A stretch of DNA of 64,000 nt from Actinomycetes bacterium. Lineage in GTDB: Bacteria > Actinomycetota > Acidimicrobiia > Acidimicrobiales > JAMCPL01. The position numbers and the translations under genes are program-made. The DNA is taken from NCBI GenBank assembly GCA_021841005.1, contig JAKBVZ010000035.1, positions 143,557 to 207,556 of the forward strand. The letters run 5' to 3'. Of the stretch, positions 9,661-18,403 are shown one piece after another. The stretch's first letter is position 1; each line of letters begins with the position of its first letter. The notes under the pieces were generated by a model. That model saw only the letters and a program-made list of their open reading frames with translations. It was not told where the DNA came from and searched no databases.

Positions 9661-10383
9661 ATGAAATTGCCGGCTGTCACTGACGTACCAAGTCGCGAGG
9701 AGGTTGTCCCGGACGGCGCTCTTCTAGCTACTTACGATCTGGTCGTACGCTATAGCTCGGCAGTGGCTCTGGACGGCGTGAGCATGCATGTGGGACGGGG
9801 CGAGATGGTAGCGCTGATAGGTCCGAACGGAGCCGGGAAGTCGACCCTGCTGAATACGTTGTCGGGTATTCGCCGTCCGGCGGCAGGAAGGATAGTTTGT
9901 AGGGGAAAGCTGGCGCATGTGCCCGAGGGGCGCCAGCTCTTCCCAGAGCTTACCGTGGAGGACAACTTACGCTTGGGCGCTTACCGTGGCGGCTCCAGGG
10001 ATCCCGATCCTATATACGAATTGTTTCCGCAACTGCACGGGCTTCGTAAACGCCGTGCTGGCGGGTTGTCCGGTGGCGAGCAGCAGATGGTCTCTATCGG
10101 CCGTGCGCTCATGGCCAATCCGGACATCATGGCCGTGGACGAGCTTTCCCAGGGATTGGCCCCGATAGTCGTGTCAGACATAATCAGGCATCTGGTTGCC
10201 TTGAACGAAGAGAAGGGGATTGCCGTCCTGCTGGTCGAGCAGAACGCCCGCCTGGCTCTGGGCATCACCTCACGTGCCTATGTGCTGGAAAACGGGCGTG
10301 TGAGCAAGGAGGGTCGCTCGGAGGATCTGGCTCGTGATCCTGCGGTGCACAAGGCTTACCTCGGAGGTCAAGTAGGGCAATGA
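9661..10383 (+). CDS. livF: Branched-chain amino acid type ABC transporter, ATP-binding protein (LivF-like)
   Basis: GPNGAGKSTLLNTLSG Walker A, LSGGEQQMVSIGRAL signature, about 240 aa. Confidence 0.85.
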   Translation: MKLPAVTDVPSREEVVPDGALLATYDLVVRYSSAVALDGVSMHVGRGEMVALIGPNGAGKSTLLNTLSGIRRPAAGRIVCRGKLAHVPEGRQLFPELTVEDNLRLGAYRGGSRDPDPIYELFPQLHGLRKRRAGGLSGGEQQMVSIGRALMANPDIMAVDELSQGLAPIVVSDIIRHLVALNEEKGIAVLLVEQNARLALGITSRAYVLENGRVSKEGRSEDLARDPAVHKAYLGGQVGQ

Positions 10384-11234
10384 GTGCTTTTACCGAGTAC
10401 CTCATAACCGGTGTTGCCAGAGGATTGGTCTTTGCGTTGCTGGCCACCGGATTCGTGCTGATTTACCGGGTCACCCGGGTGGTCAACTTTGCCCAGGGCG
10501 CCTTTGCCGTGTTCGGAGGCTTGCTTACCTTCTCATTGTTGCGTGCGGGCATACCCCAGGGGGTCTCGGAGGTACTGGCCGCCTTGGCTGTGGCTGTTAT
10601 CGGCCTTATTTTTGGGGTCATCACCATTGCCGGGAAGATCCCTCTGCTTTCTTCGCTCATTATAACCATAGGGCTCGCCATGTTGAGCGAGGCTATCGCC
10701 ATGCTCGCATGGGGCTCAATCCCGATCAGCTACTCGGGACTGGCCGGTCATGACTTTGTAATTCTGGGAGCGGTTGTTCAACGCCAGTATCTATTGGTGC
10801 TCGTAGTCTCCTTGGTACTGTTTGGGTCCATGGCGCTGCTCTTCGGTCGAACTTATTTTGGTAAGGCGATGACCGCATGTGCCTCGAATGCCTATGCCGC
10901 CAAGCTGTCAGGCATCAACGTGAAGCGCATGGGGTTGCTGGCTTTCATACTTGGCGGCGCTCTGGGGGGTATTGGCGGGGCACTGCTCACCCCCGTGGAG
11001 CCTATGACTTACAATGCAGATGTATCCTTGTCCATACTCGGTTTTGCGGCGGCAATCGTAGGAGGACTCACCAGTCCTGGATTGGCCGTAGCCGGCGGGC
11101 TGGTATTCGGTCTTACCGAGCAGTTCGTATCTGGATACTGGTCTCCTTCCTACGACACCGCTGTAGCACTGGCGCTACTGATCGTAGTTCTGTTGTGGCA
11201 GGCACGGCGCATGCGCCTGGAGGGTCTGGAATGA
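10380..11234 (+). CDS. livH: Branched-chain amino acid type ABC transporter permease (LivH-like)
   Basis: Polytopic hydrophobic protein starting YLITGVARGLVFALLATGFVLIYRVTRVVNFAQG (LivH N-terminal pattern). ATGA overlaps with both neighbours. Confidence 0.85.
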   Translation: MSAFTEYLITGVARGLVFALLATGFVLIYRVTRVVNFAQGAFAVFGGLLTFSLLRAGIPQGVSEVLAALAVAVIGLIFGVITIAGKIPLLSSLIITIGLAMLSEAIAMLAWGSIPISYSGLAGHDFVILGAVVQRQYLLVLVVSLVLFGSMALLFGRTYFGKAMTACASNAYAAKLSGINVKRMGLLAFILGGALGGIGGALLTPVEPMTYNADVSLSILGFAAAIVGGLTSPGLAVAGGLVFGLTEQFVSGYWSPSYDTAVALALLIVVLLWQARRMRLEGLE

Positions 11235-12280
11235 GCGAGCGCATGCGGTCTTTGCTTGTACTGTCCCTGGCGGTGGTCATCGGGCTGGTGACGTTGGCTC
11301 TACCGCTCGTCTTGTCCTCCTCCGACGTGGAGATCTACGTGACCATAGGTCTTGCCACCATTGTGGTAACTGGGCTCTCTCTGTTGATGGGGTTTGCCGG
11401 CCAAGTTTCCCTGGGGCAGGCAGCGTTTTACGGGGTTGGCGCTTACACCGCAGGTATCATGGCGGTTCACCATTGGCCCTCGCTCGTGGCTTTGATGGCC
11501 GCACCAATCGCCGCTGGCGTCATTGCCTTCGTCATCGGGGTTCCGTTGTTGCGGCTCAAGGGTCATGCGCTGGTCTTCAGCACTCTGGCGTTCCAGCTGA
11601 TCCTGCTGGTGGTCATAGAGAATACGTCCTTTTTGACCGGGGGTGCCATCGGTCTGTCTGGCATCCCGGCTCTACACGTCGGACCGCTAGCGATCAGCAC
11701 CGGCAAGGACTACGCCTACTTGGTTTGGATTGTCGCAGTGGCCGTTTTGCTCATTACCAGGAATCTCACGCGCTCTCGTCCCGGAAGAGCGCTTCGGGCA
11801 ATGGCCATCACCGCGTCCGGCGCTTCGGCCGCCGGGATTGCAGTGGAGAGCTATAAGCTGAAAGATTTTACTCTTTCGGCTGCATATGCCGGCATAGCCG
11901 GTGGCATATACGTGTTTTTCATCGGCTATATATCGCCCGACGCATTTCCCGTGACTCTTTCGATAGAGTTTGTGATAATGGTGGTGGTCGGAGGTATCGG
12001 GACTGTTTCCGGTGCATTCGTGGGGGCGGCGGTTGTAACCGTGATTTCGCAGGTACTCACCTCTCTGGGCACGAGTCCCTCGTTGCCTCCCGACCTGCCT
12101 ACCGTGTTGTCCCTTGGTGTCTATGCGCTGATTCTGATCATCATCCTTCGTCTGATTCCCGCAGGGGTGGTGGGAACGCTGAGCGATCTCTGGAAGAAGA
12201 CCAAACCATCGGCGTCCAATCCAGTGGACACAACAGGTCGGAGTGTCCTGGATTCCACTGTTCAGGCAAAAGATGGGTGA
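11231..12280 (+). CDS. livM: Branched-chain amino acid type ABC transporter permease (LivM-like)
   Basis: GFAGQVSLGQAAFYGVGAYTAG motif. ATG 11231 overlaps the livH stop (ATGA). The ORF-track start 10877 lies inside livH and was rejected. Confidence 0.85.
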   Translation: MSERMRSLLVLSLAVVIGLVTLALPLVLSSSDVEIYVTIGLATIVVTGLSLLMGFAGQVSLGQAAFYGVGAYTAGIMAVHHWPSLVALMAAPIAAGVIAFVIGVPLLRLKGHALVFSTLAFQLILLVVIENTSFLTGGAIGLSGIPALHVGPLAISTGKDYAYLVWIVAVAVLLITRNLTRSRPGRALRAMAITASGASAAGIAVESYKLKDFTLSAAYAGIAGGIYVFFIGYISPDAFPVTLSIEFVIMVVVGGIGTVSGAFVGAAVVTVISQVLTSLGTSPSLPPDLPTVLSLGVYALILIIILRLIPAGVVGTLSDLWKKTKPSASNPVDTTGRSVLDSTVQAKDG

Positions 12281-12287
12281 GCCTAGT

Positions 12288-12376
12288 GGTCTGTCCTGTA
12301 AATAGCGTGACGTCATCCGGCAAGCCAGGGGCGTCATCTGGCTGGCGGGAACCCATGGTTATTTGCGGGACAGGCC
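12288..12376 (+). other. Strand-specific long-range RNA stem between livM and the binding-protein gene
   Basis: GGTCTGTCCTGTAAAT (12288-303) pairs with ATTTGCGGGACAGGCC (12361-76) as 13 Watson-Crick plus 3 G-U pairs on the plus-strand RNA. The same positions would be C-A mismatches on the opposite strand. Confidence 0.45.
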
Positions 12377-12567
12377 ACCAGTTTCAGATGATTTCGTGAA
12401 TAACAGGTTTCGACATGGTCGTTGTGCAATAATAAGTGGTAACGAGAAAGAGGTATGTCAGGGTAAGAGGAATGTGCAGAATAAAGGGAGGTCATCAGGC
12501 TGGTTCATCCTGCCCGATGTTCCCGGTAACCAGGAAAAAATATATACAAGAAAAGGAGATGGCAGTT

Positions 12568-13848
12568 ATGCATCTGATACAAACAATAAAAAGAGATGGC
12601 GGGTTGCAAGGAGAAGGAGATGGCGGGTTACGCTGTAACCTTTTTCGTAAGGAGCGAGGACGGCTGCGAAAAGCAGTGACTGCGTCTGTAGCCGTTGCAT
12701 CCTTCGCGTTGCTCCTTGCCGCCTGCAGTTCGAGCCCAACGACGAAGCCAGTTGCCAAGGCCAAGGGGCCGATCAAGATTGGCATGATCACCTCACTCAC
12801 CGGCCCGTACACACCGCTTGGTACCAACGACAAGCTCGGTGCGGTCCAAGAGGTCAATGCCATAAACGCTTCAGGCGGCGTCAACGGCAGGAAGATCGAC
12901 CTGATCGTCAAGGACGATACCACCAACCCTACTCAGGCGGTCGTTGACTGGAAAACCCTCATGTCCGACGGAGTGGTGGCAGTTGTGGGCCCGGTGTTCT
13001 CGTCCTCGTGTATGGCCATCCTGCCGGATGTCCAAGCTTCCAAGGTCCCCTCGATCAACACCTGTGCCGATGACTCCCAGGTCACTCCTGCACGCAAGTA
13101 TGTCTTCATGACCCCGCCCACCACGCTCATTGTAGGTCAACAGCTATTGGCCTACATGAAGGCCAAGGGCATTACCAAGGTGGCAGTCGCTCACGACACA
13201 TCTGCGTTCGGAGAAGCCGGTTGGCACGAGATGAAGGCAGAGGCGTCGAAGTACGGGATCCACTTCATCTACGACGGAAGTTTTTCCGTCACCTCCACGA
13301 CCTTCACCTCCATCCTGACTGCGGTGAAGTCTTCAGGTGCGCAGGCGCTGATGGTATGGGGAGCAGGACCCGCCGAGGTGGGCTTGACCACACAGTTTAG
13401 GGCAATGGGCCTCACCATCCCCTTGCTCTTCAGCCATGCCGAAGCATCCATGCTGTACACCAAGCCGGCAGGAGCGGCCGGCAACGGCGCGATCATTGCC
13501 AGTTCTATTGGAGGCATCGGGCCGTTCCTCCCCTCCAGTTACCCGGCGAAGTCGACGATCATGAGTTTTGCCAACACCTTTAAGGCCAAGAACGGATACT
13601 ATCCTCCGGAGTTCGCCTTTGACGCAGGTGGAGCAGTGGCCATGATCGCCAAGGCCATAGAGGAGAATGGTGCCACTCCGGCCGGCATAGATGCGGCACT
13701 CAACCATATGACCATTACCACGGGGGATGGTACGTACAGCTTTTCCCCGACGGACCATTCTGGTCTGACCACCAATCAGGTGGCTATAACCAGGGACACG
13801 AATGGCACTTTGGTTCCCACCAAATTTACCAAGGCCATGGTGGGCTAG
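12568..13848 (+). CDS. Liv-type periplasmic/lipoprotein substrate-binding protein
   Basis: Lipobox LLAAC after a hydrophobic stretch, type-I SBP pattern (IKIGMITSLTGPYTPLG). Start is uncertain: ATG 12568 has AAGGAG 9 nt upstream, while CTG 12664 or GTG 12676 would give a canonical short signal peptide. Confidence 0.8.
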   Translation: MHLIQTIKRDGGLQGEGDGGLRCNLFRKERGRLRKAVTASVAVASFALLLAACSSSPTTKPVAKAKGPIKIGMITSLTGPYTPLGTNDKLGAVQEVNAINASGGVNGRKIDLIVKDDTTNPTQAVVDWKTLMSDGVVAVVGPVFSSSCMAILPDVQASKVPSINTCADDSQVTPARKYVFMTPPTTLIVGQQLLAYMKAKGITKVAVAHDTSAFGEAGWHEMKAEASKYGIHFIYDGSFSVTSTTFTSILTAVKSSGAQALMVWGAGPAEVGLTTQFRAMGLTIPLLFSHAEASMLYTKPAGAAGNGAIIASSIGGIGPFLPSSYPAKSTIMSFANTFKAKNGYYPPEFAFDAGGAVAMIAKAIEENGATPAGIDAALNHMTITTGDGTYSFSPTDHSGLTTNQVAITRDTNGTLVPTKFTKAMVG

Positions 13849-14081
13849 AACATTACGGCTCGAGCCCGGGTTCGCGACCCAGACAAGAGCGAAACAGGAA
13901 CCGTTGGAGCGGCGGTTCAGGCGTGGAGCGGTAAAGGTGGTCCGGGTGTGGCTGTCTTTACCGCTTGCTCGTCCGGTACAGCTAGCTCGTCCGTGGTCGC
14001 GTGCAGGGTGCAGGGGGCAGGTACAGGGGTGCAGATGCGGCATTCGGGGAAAGACGATGATATATGGCGAACTGGGATCGT

Positions 14082-14118
14082 CGTCAGGAAATGTAAAGAG
14101 CCGTCAGGAAATGTGAAG
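14082..14118. promoter_or_regulatory. Two 17-nt direct repeats with 20-nt period immediately upstream of the acyl-CoA synthetase start
   Basis: CGTCAGGAAATGTAAAG (14082-98) and CGTCAGGAAATGTGAAG (14102-18). The ATG is at 14130. Confidence 0.4.
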
Positions 14119-14129
14119 AAAGGAATAAC

Positions 14130-15638
14130 ATGCACACTGTTCAGGATCCGCTGGCGCGCGGAACATTGATTGCAAGAGATGAGGTTGCAGTAATATGCGG
14201 AGAGTCTACGCTTTCCTACCGGCAATTGAACGATCGCGTCCACCGGCTGGCATTTGCCCTGTCAGAACTCGGGCTGGGCGCCGGCGATCGGGTGGGAATA
14301 GTCGCAGGCAATTGCCACCGTTATGTCGAGAGCTATCTGGCGATCCCCGCTGCAGGCATGGTCATCGTACCGATCAATACGAGGGCATCGGAGCCCGAGA
14401 TGGAGTTTGTGCTCAGGGACGCCGGAGTCAAGGTGCTCATCACTGATCGCGCGCCGGCTGGCTACGAGGCAGGCTTGGTGTCGGTCATTCGAATGCCCGA
14501 GGAGTACGAGGACATCGTAGCCGCAGCCCGTCCCGAGCCATTCCACATACGCCCATCCGAAGAAGATCTGGCGGGTATTTTCTATACGGGGGGCACTACC
14601 GGTCGCTCAAAGGGGGTGATGCTTACCCACCGCAATTTGATTTCCAATGCCATCACCGCACTCGTCTGGGCAAAGTTGGGCAAGGAGGATCGATGGCTGG
14701 TAATGGCGCCCATGCATCACGCGGCCGGCACGTGTTTGGTCCTGTCCAGTCTTTGGATCGGTGCAAGCCAGGTCATGCTGCCGGCCTTCTCCGCTGCCGG
14801 GGCGCTTGATCTGATCGAGCGCCACCAGGCCTCAGGCACGCTCGCTGTACCAACGATGATGATCGCCATGAACGATGAGCAAACGGCCCGGCCTCGTAAT
14901 ATCGACTCGCTGAGATTGCTCAGCCACGGTGCATCCCCTGCTCCAGTCGAAGTGCTCAGGCGTGCTCATGCCGTCTTTCCAAAAGCGGAGTTGCTTCACC
15001 TCTACGGCACCACCGAGACCGCGCCGATAGCCACCACCTTCCAGAATGAGGAGCAGCACTTGAATGACGAACTGGCCGGTTCAGTTGGGCAACCGGCACT
15101 GGGAGTAGAGGTTGCGGTGTTTGATCCTGACAACGACCCTTTGCCTTCCTCTGCTGCCGGCGAGATTGTGCTTCGAGGGAACAACGTCATGGCTGGCTAC
15201 TGGGGATTGCCGGAGGAGAGCGCCAAAGCCCTGGAGGGGGGATGGTACCACACAGGAGACCTTGGCTTCATCACTGAAGCAGGCTATCTTTTCCTGAACG
15301 ATCGATTGAAGGATATGGTAGTTACCGGAGGCGAGAACGTCTACACGATAGAGGTCGAGGATGCCCTGTACCGGCATCCCAAGGTGCAGGAGGCTGCCGT
15401 TTTTGGAGTACCCGACGAGCGATGGGGGGAATCTGTCTTGGCTGTGGTGGTGCCACGCGAGCCTGTCACCGAAGAGGAGATCATCTCCCATTTACGGCCG
15501 CTTATAGCGGGATACAAAATACCAAGACATATCATAATTCAAAATGAACCCCTGCCAAAGTCAGCGGCCGGCAAGATACTCAAGCGGGAATTGAGAGAGC
15601 CCTACTGGCAAGGTCGAAAAACGAGAATCGGCAACTAA
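14130..15638 (+). CDS. AMP-dependent acyl-CoA synthetase/ligase (FadD-like)
   Basis: IFYTGGTTGRSKGVMLTHRN AMP-binding motif, GWYHTGDLG, and C-terminal PKSAAGKILKRELR. Confidence 0.85.
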   Translation: MHTVQDPLARGTLIARDEVAVICGESTLSYRQLNDRVHRLAFALSELGLGAGDRVGIVAGNCHRYVESYLAIPAAGMVIVPINTRASEPEMEFVLRDAGVKVLITDRAPAGYEAGLVSVIRMPEEYEDIVAAARPEPFHIRPSEEDLAGIFYTGGTTGRSKGVMLTHRNLISNAITALVWAKLGKEDRWLVMAPMHHAAGTCLVLSSLWIGASQVMLPAFSAAGALDLIERHQASGTLAVPTMMIAMNDEQTARPRNIDSLRLLSHGASPAPVEVLRRAHAVFPKAELLHLYGTTETAPIATTFQNEEQHLNDELAGSVGQPALGVEVAVFDPDNDPLPSSAAGEIVLRGNNVMAGYWGLPEESAKALEGGWYHTGDLGFITEAGYLFLNDRLKDMVVTGGENVYTIEVEDALYRHPKVQEAAVFGVPDERWGESVLAVVVPREPVTEEEIISHLRPLIAGYKIPRHIIIQNEPLPKSAAGKILKRELREPYWQGRKTRIGN

Positions 15639-15650
15639 GGGATATATCAG

Positions 15651-16544
15651 TTGAAACGACATCATGTCGGGTCAATTCCAGCCGGTCAAACATTGATTCT
15701 TGCCGGGCCTGTTGGCATTGTCGGCGGAGGCATTATGGGTTCAGGTATTGCCGCCCAGTCCATGGCGAGCGGCTTGCCTGTAATCCTTGTGGAGGCGTCA
15801 GACCAGCGTGCAGAGGACGCTCGAGAGCGGGTACGGCGGGCAGTTTCCCGCATTCACGAGCACGATGATGGGGGTGCTCGCGGCCGGAGCGGTTTCCCTG
15901 AGCCTGAGCTGTTGGTCTCTACCGACCTGGCCCAGGTCAGTGGCTGCCCGCTCGTGATAGAGTCAGTTCCGGAAGTCGCCGAGCTGAAGCGGGAGGTCCT
16001 CGCTGGGATCGCGGGAATCGTTGCCGCTGACACCCTGATCGCCACCAACACATCGTCGATTGCTTTGAAGGAATTGCAGGTGGCCGTCGGGCGCCCGGAG
16101 CGTTTCGGCGGGCTCCATTTTTTCAATCCCGTACCGGCATCCTCGCTGGTGGAGGTAGTGCGTGGTTCTGCAACAGGCAGCGAAACCATTCTGGACTTTG
16201 TGCGCTTCGCAGAAGGGCTTGGCAAGGAATGCATCGTAGTCAATGACTCACCCGGATTTGCCACCTCCAGACTGGGCGTAATATTGGGACTGGAGGCCAT
16301 AAGGATGCTCGAGGAGGGGGTGGCAAGTGTGGAGGATATCGACAGGGGCATGATTCTCGGGTACAGGTATCCGATGGGTCCTCTCAGATTGACCGATCTG
16401 GTGGGCTTGGATGTCCGTCTGGCGATTGCCCGCTATCTGGCGCCCACGCTCGGGCCGCGCTTCGAGCCCCCTCGCTTGCTGGTGGATAAGGTTGCCTGTG
16501 GCGAGCTGGGGAAGAAGTCGGGAGTAGGGTTTTACACATGGTAG
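15651..16544 (+). CDS. 3-hydroxyacyl-CoA (3-hydroxybutyryl-CoA) dehydrogenase
   Basis: VGIVGGGIMGSGIA NAD fold, HFFNPVP, and GFATSRL motifs. TTG start. Confidence 0.85.
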   Translation: MKRHHVGSIPAGQTLILAGPVGIVGGGIMGSGIAAQSMASGLPVILVEASDQRAEDARERVRRAVSRIHEHDDGGARGRSGFPEPELLVSTDLAQVSGCPLVIESVPEVAELKREVLAGIAGIVAADTLIATNTSSIALKELQVAVGRPERFGGLHFFNPVPASSLVEVVRGSATGSETILDFVRFAEGLGKECIVVNDSPGFATSRLGVILGLEAIRMLEEGVASVEDIDRGMILGYRYPMGPLRLTDLVGLDVRLAIARYLAPTLGPRFEPPRLLVDKVACGELGKKSGVGFYTW

Positions 16545-16555
16545 GAGATTGAGGG

Positions 16556-17752
16556 ATGGCTAGAGCTTTGCTGGTTGGAGGGTTGAGGACGCCATTCGGG
16601 CGCTATGGCGGGGCACTGGCATCAGTCAGGCCGGATGACATGGCGGCGCTGGTCTTGAAAGGAGTGGCAGGGAAGTTTGCTTTCTCGGGATCGGATGTGG
16701 ATGAGGTGATCCTAGGCTGTGCCAACCAGGCTGGGGAAGATAATCGCAATGTCGCCCGGATGGCAACCCTCATTGCCGGCTATGGTGAGAGAGTACCAGC
16801 AGTGACTGTCAACCGTCTCTGCGGTTCAGGGCTGGATGCAGTTCTGGCCGCTGCCAGGATGGTGAAGCTCGGTGAGGCCGATCTTGTGATAGCGGGCGGG
16901 GTGGAAAGCATGTCGCGAGCACCATTCGTTGTTCCAAAGGCCGATACGGCCTTCGATAGGAAGTCGGAGATATTTGATACGACTATCGGATGGCGTTTTG
17001 TGAATTCGCTCATACAGAAGGAATTCGGGATAGACTCAATGCCTGAAACTGCAGAAAATATTGCTGAAGAGTTCAATATTGCTCGGGAGGATCAAGATCT
17101 CTTCGCTTTTCATTCCCAGGAGCGGGTTGCCAAGGCTCGAGCCAGCGGTCGTCTCGGGAGGGAGATCATCCCGGTGGAAGTCAAGCTCCGCAGGGAGACC
17201 AGAGTTGTCGATCAGGATGAGCACCCCAGACAGACTTCGCTCGAAGCACTAGCCAAGCTTCCGGCACCCTTCAGGGAGAACGGTTCGGTGACAGCGGGTA
17301 ACGCGAGTGGGGTGAACGATGGCGCCGCTGTCGTTGTAGTCGCCGGCGATGCGGCTGTGTCCAGATTCGGATGGGAGCCCCTGGCTGAGATCGTTGCCGG
17401 TGCAACCGCTGGAGTCCCTCCACGGATCATGGGCATAGGACCAGTCCCGGCAACCCGTAAGGTTCTTGACCGGGCAGGCATTTCCCTTGCTGACCTCGGG
17501 GTCATCGAGTTGAACGAGGCTTTCGCCTCACAGGCTGTTGCCTGCTTGCGTGAGTTCGGCCTTCCCGAGGATGCCGGCTGGATCAACCCGAACGGCGGAG
17601 CAATATCTCTAGGCCACCCTCTTGGTGCCAGTGGTGCCAGGCTGGCACTCACTGCTGCCATCGAACTCTCTGAACGGGGTGAGGCTTATGCATTGGCCAC
17701 TATGTGTGTAGGTGTCGGGCAGGGGATAGCAGCGATACTGTCGCGTCCCTGA
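16556..17752 (+). CDS. Acetyl-CoA C-acyltransferase (thiolase II/FadA/PaaJ-like)
   Basis: VNRLCGSGLDAV active-site Cys, NEAFASQ, GHPLGASGARL, and CVGVGQG C-terminal motifs. Confidence 0.9.
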   Translation: MARALLVGGLRTPFGRYGGALASVRPDDMAALVLKGVAGKFAFSGSDVDEVILGCANQAGEDNRNVARMATLIAGYGERVPAVTVNRLCGSGLDAVLAAARMVKLGEADLVIAGGVESMSRAPFVVPKADTAFDRKSEIFDTTIGWRFVNSLIQKEFGIDSMPETAENIAEEFNIAREDQDLFAFHSQERVAKARASGRLGREIIPVEVKLRRETRVVDQDEHPRQTSLEALAKLPAPFRENGSVTAGNASGVNDGAAVVVVAGDAAVSRFGWEPLAEIVAGATAGVPPRIMGIGPVPATRKVLDRAGISLADLGVIELNEAFASQAVACLREFGLPEDAGWINPNGGAISLGHPLGASGARLALTAAIELSERGEAYALATMCVGVGQGIAAILSRP

Positions 17753-17868
17753 TATCTGCCGACATTGTGCTAAAATGGCGTCTTGGAGTCACTGTGCCTC
17801 TAAGTCTATGGCACCAGTCGGAATGCCGGATGCCGCAACGCCTTGGTGGATCCAATATTGCGATGAGT

Positions 17869-18078
17869 TTACGGCAATGGCTCGATGCCCATACGACTCA
17901 GGAAAGACAGTTTCCTGGAGAGTGCCTCCTTCCAGGCATTGAAATCCTCGTCAAAATTTTCTCGATCGCCTTCTTCGACGGCATGCTCCAGGTTGTCGAA
18001 CGCAGCATCTTCCGCATCAAGCAATTCCCTGTACCGCAGCAACATCTGGTCGTCCAAGACTCCTGCCGTAACTGTCAT
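17869..18078 (-). CDS. Small acidic helical hypothetical protein (69 aa)
   Basis: ATG preceded on the minus strand by GAAAGGAAG SD with 6-nt spacing. Acidic, helix-prone sequence with no recognisable family. Confidence 0.45.
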   Translation of the reverse strand: MTVTAGVLDDQMLLRYRELLDAEDAAFDNLEHAVEEGDRENFDEDFNAWKEALSRKLSFLSRMGIEPLP

Positions 18079-18403
18079 TACGTACTTCCTTTCTGTCCAG
18101 GATAAGCGTTTTCAGCATACGGATACAGATAGGGCACATCCCCTACCTTTACCCATACCAGACGATAGCGCTAAGCGTGCTCTTATGCACGCAATCGACA
18201 TAATAGGGCCATGACCTGGACGGGCCTCAAAGGCAGGGCGGCGCTTCAGATCCCATATGTGTATTGTCATATACGGTCGTGATGGTGATATGCAGCATGC
18301 AAATACCAGCCGCCACCGGCTAGGCAGATCTGGTCGGTTGACTGAACGGTTGTGATGGTGACATGCTGGCGTAAAGTACTGCCGACGGCCCTGCCGGCGG
18401 TGC

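Noticed and set aside
10877-11230. Long N-terminal extension of LivM (ORF-track start 10877)
   Set aside because: It overlaps livH in another frame. ATG 11231 gives the classical ATGA coupling and a normal LivM N-terminus.
17869-18078. Pup candidate near arc
   Set aside because: The 69-aa protein ends in EPLP, not the GGQ or GGE tail required for pupylation.
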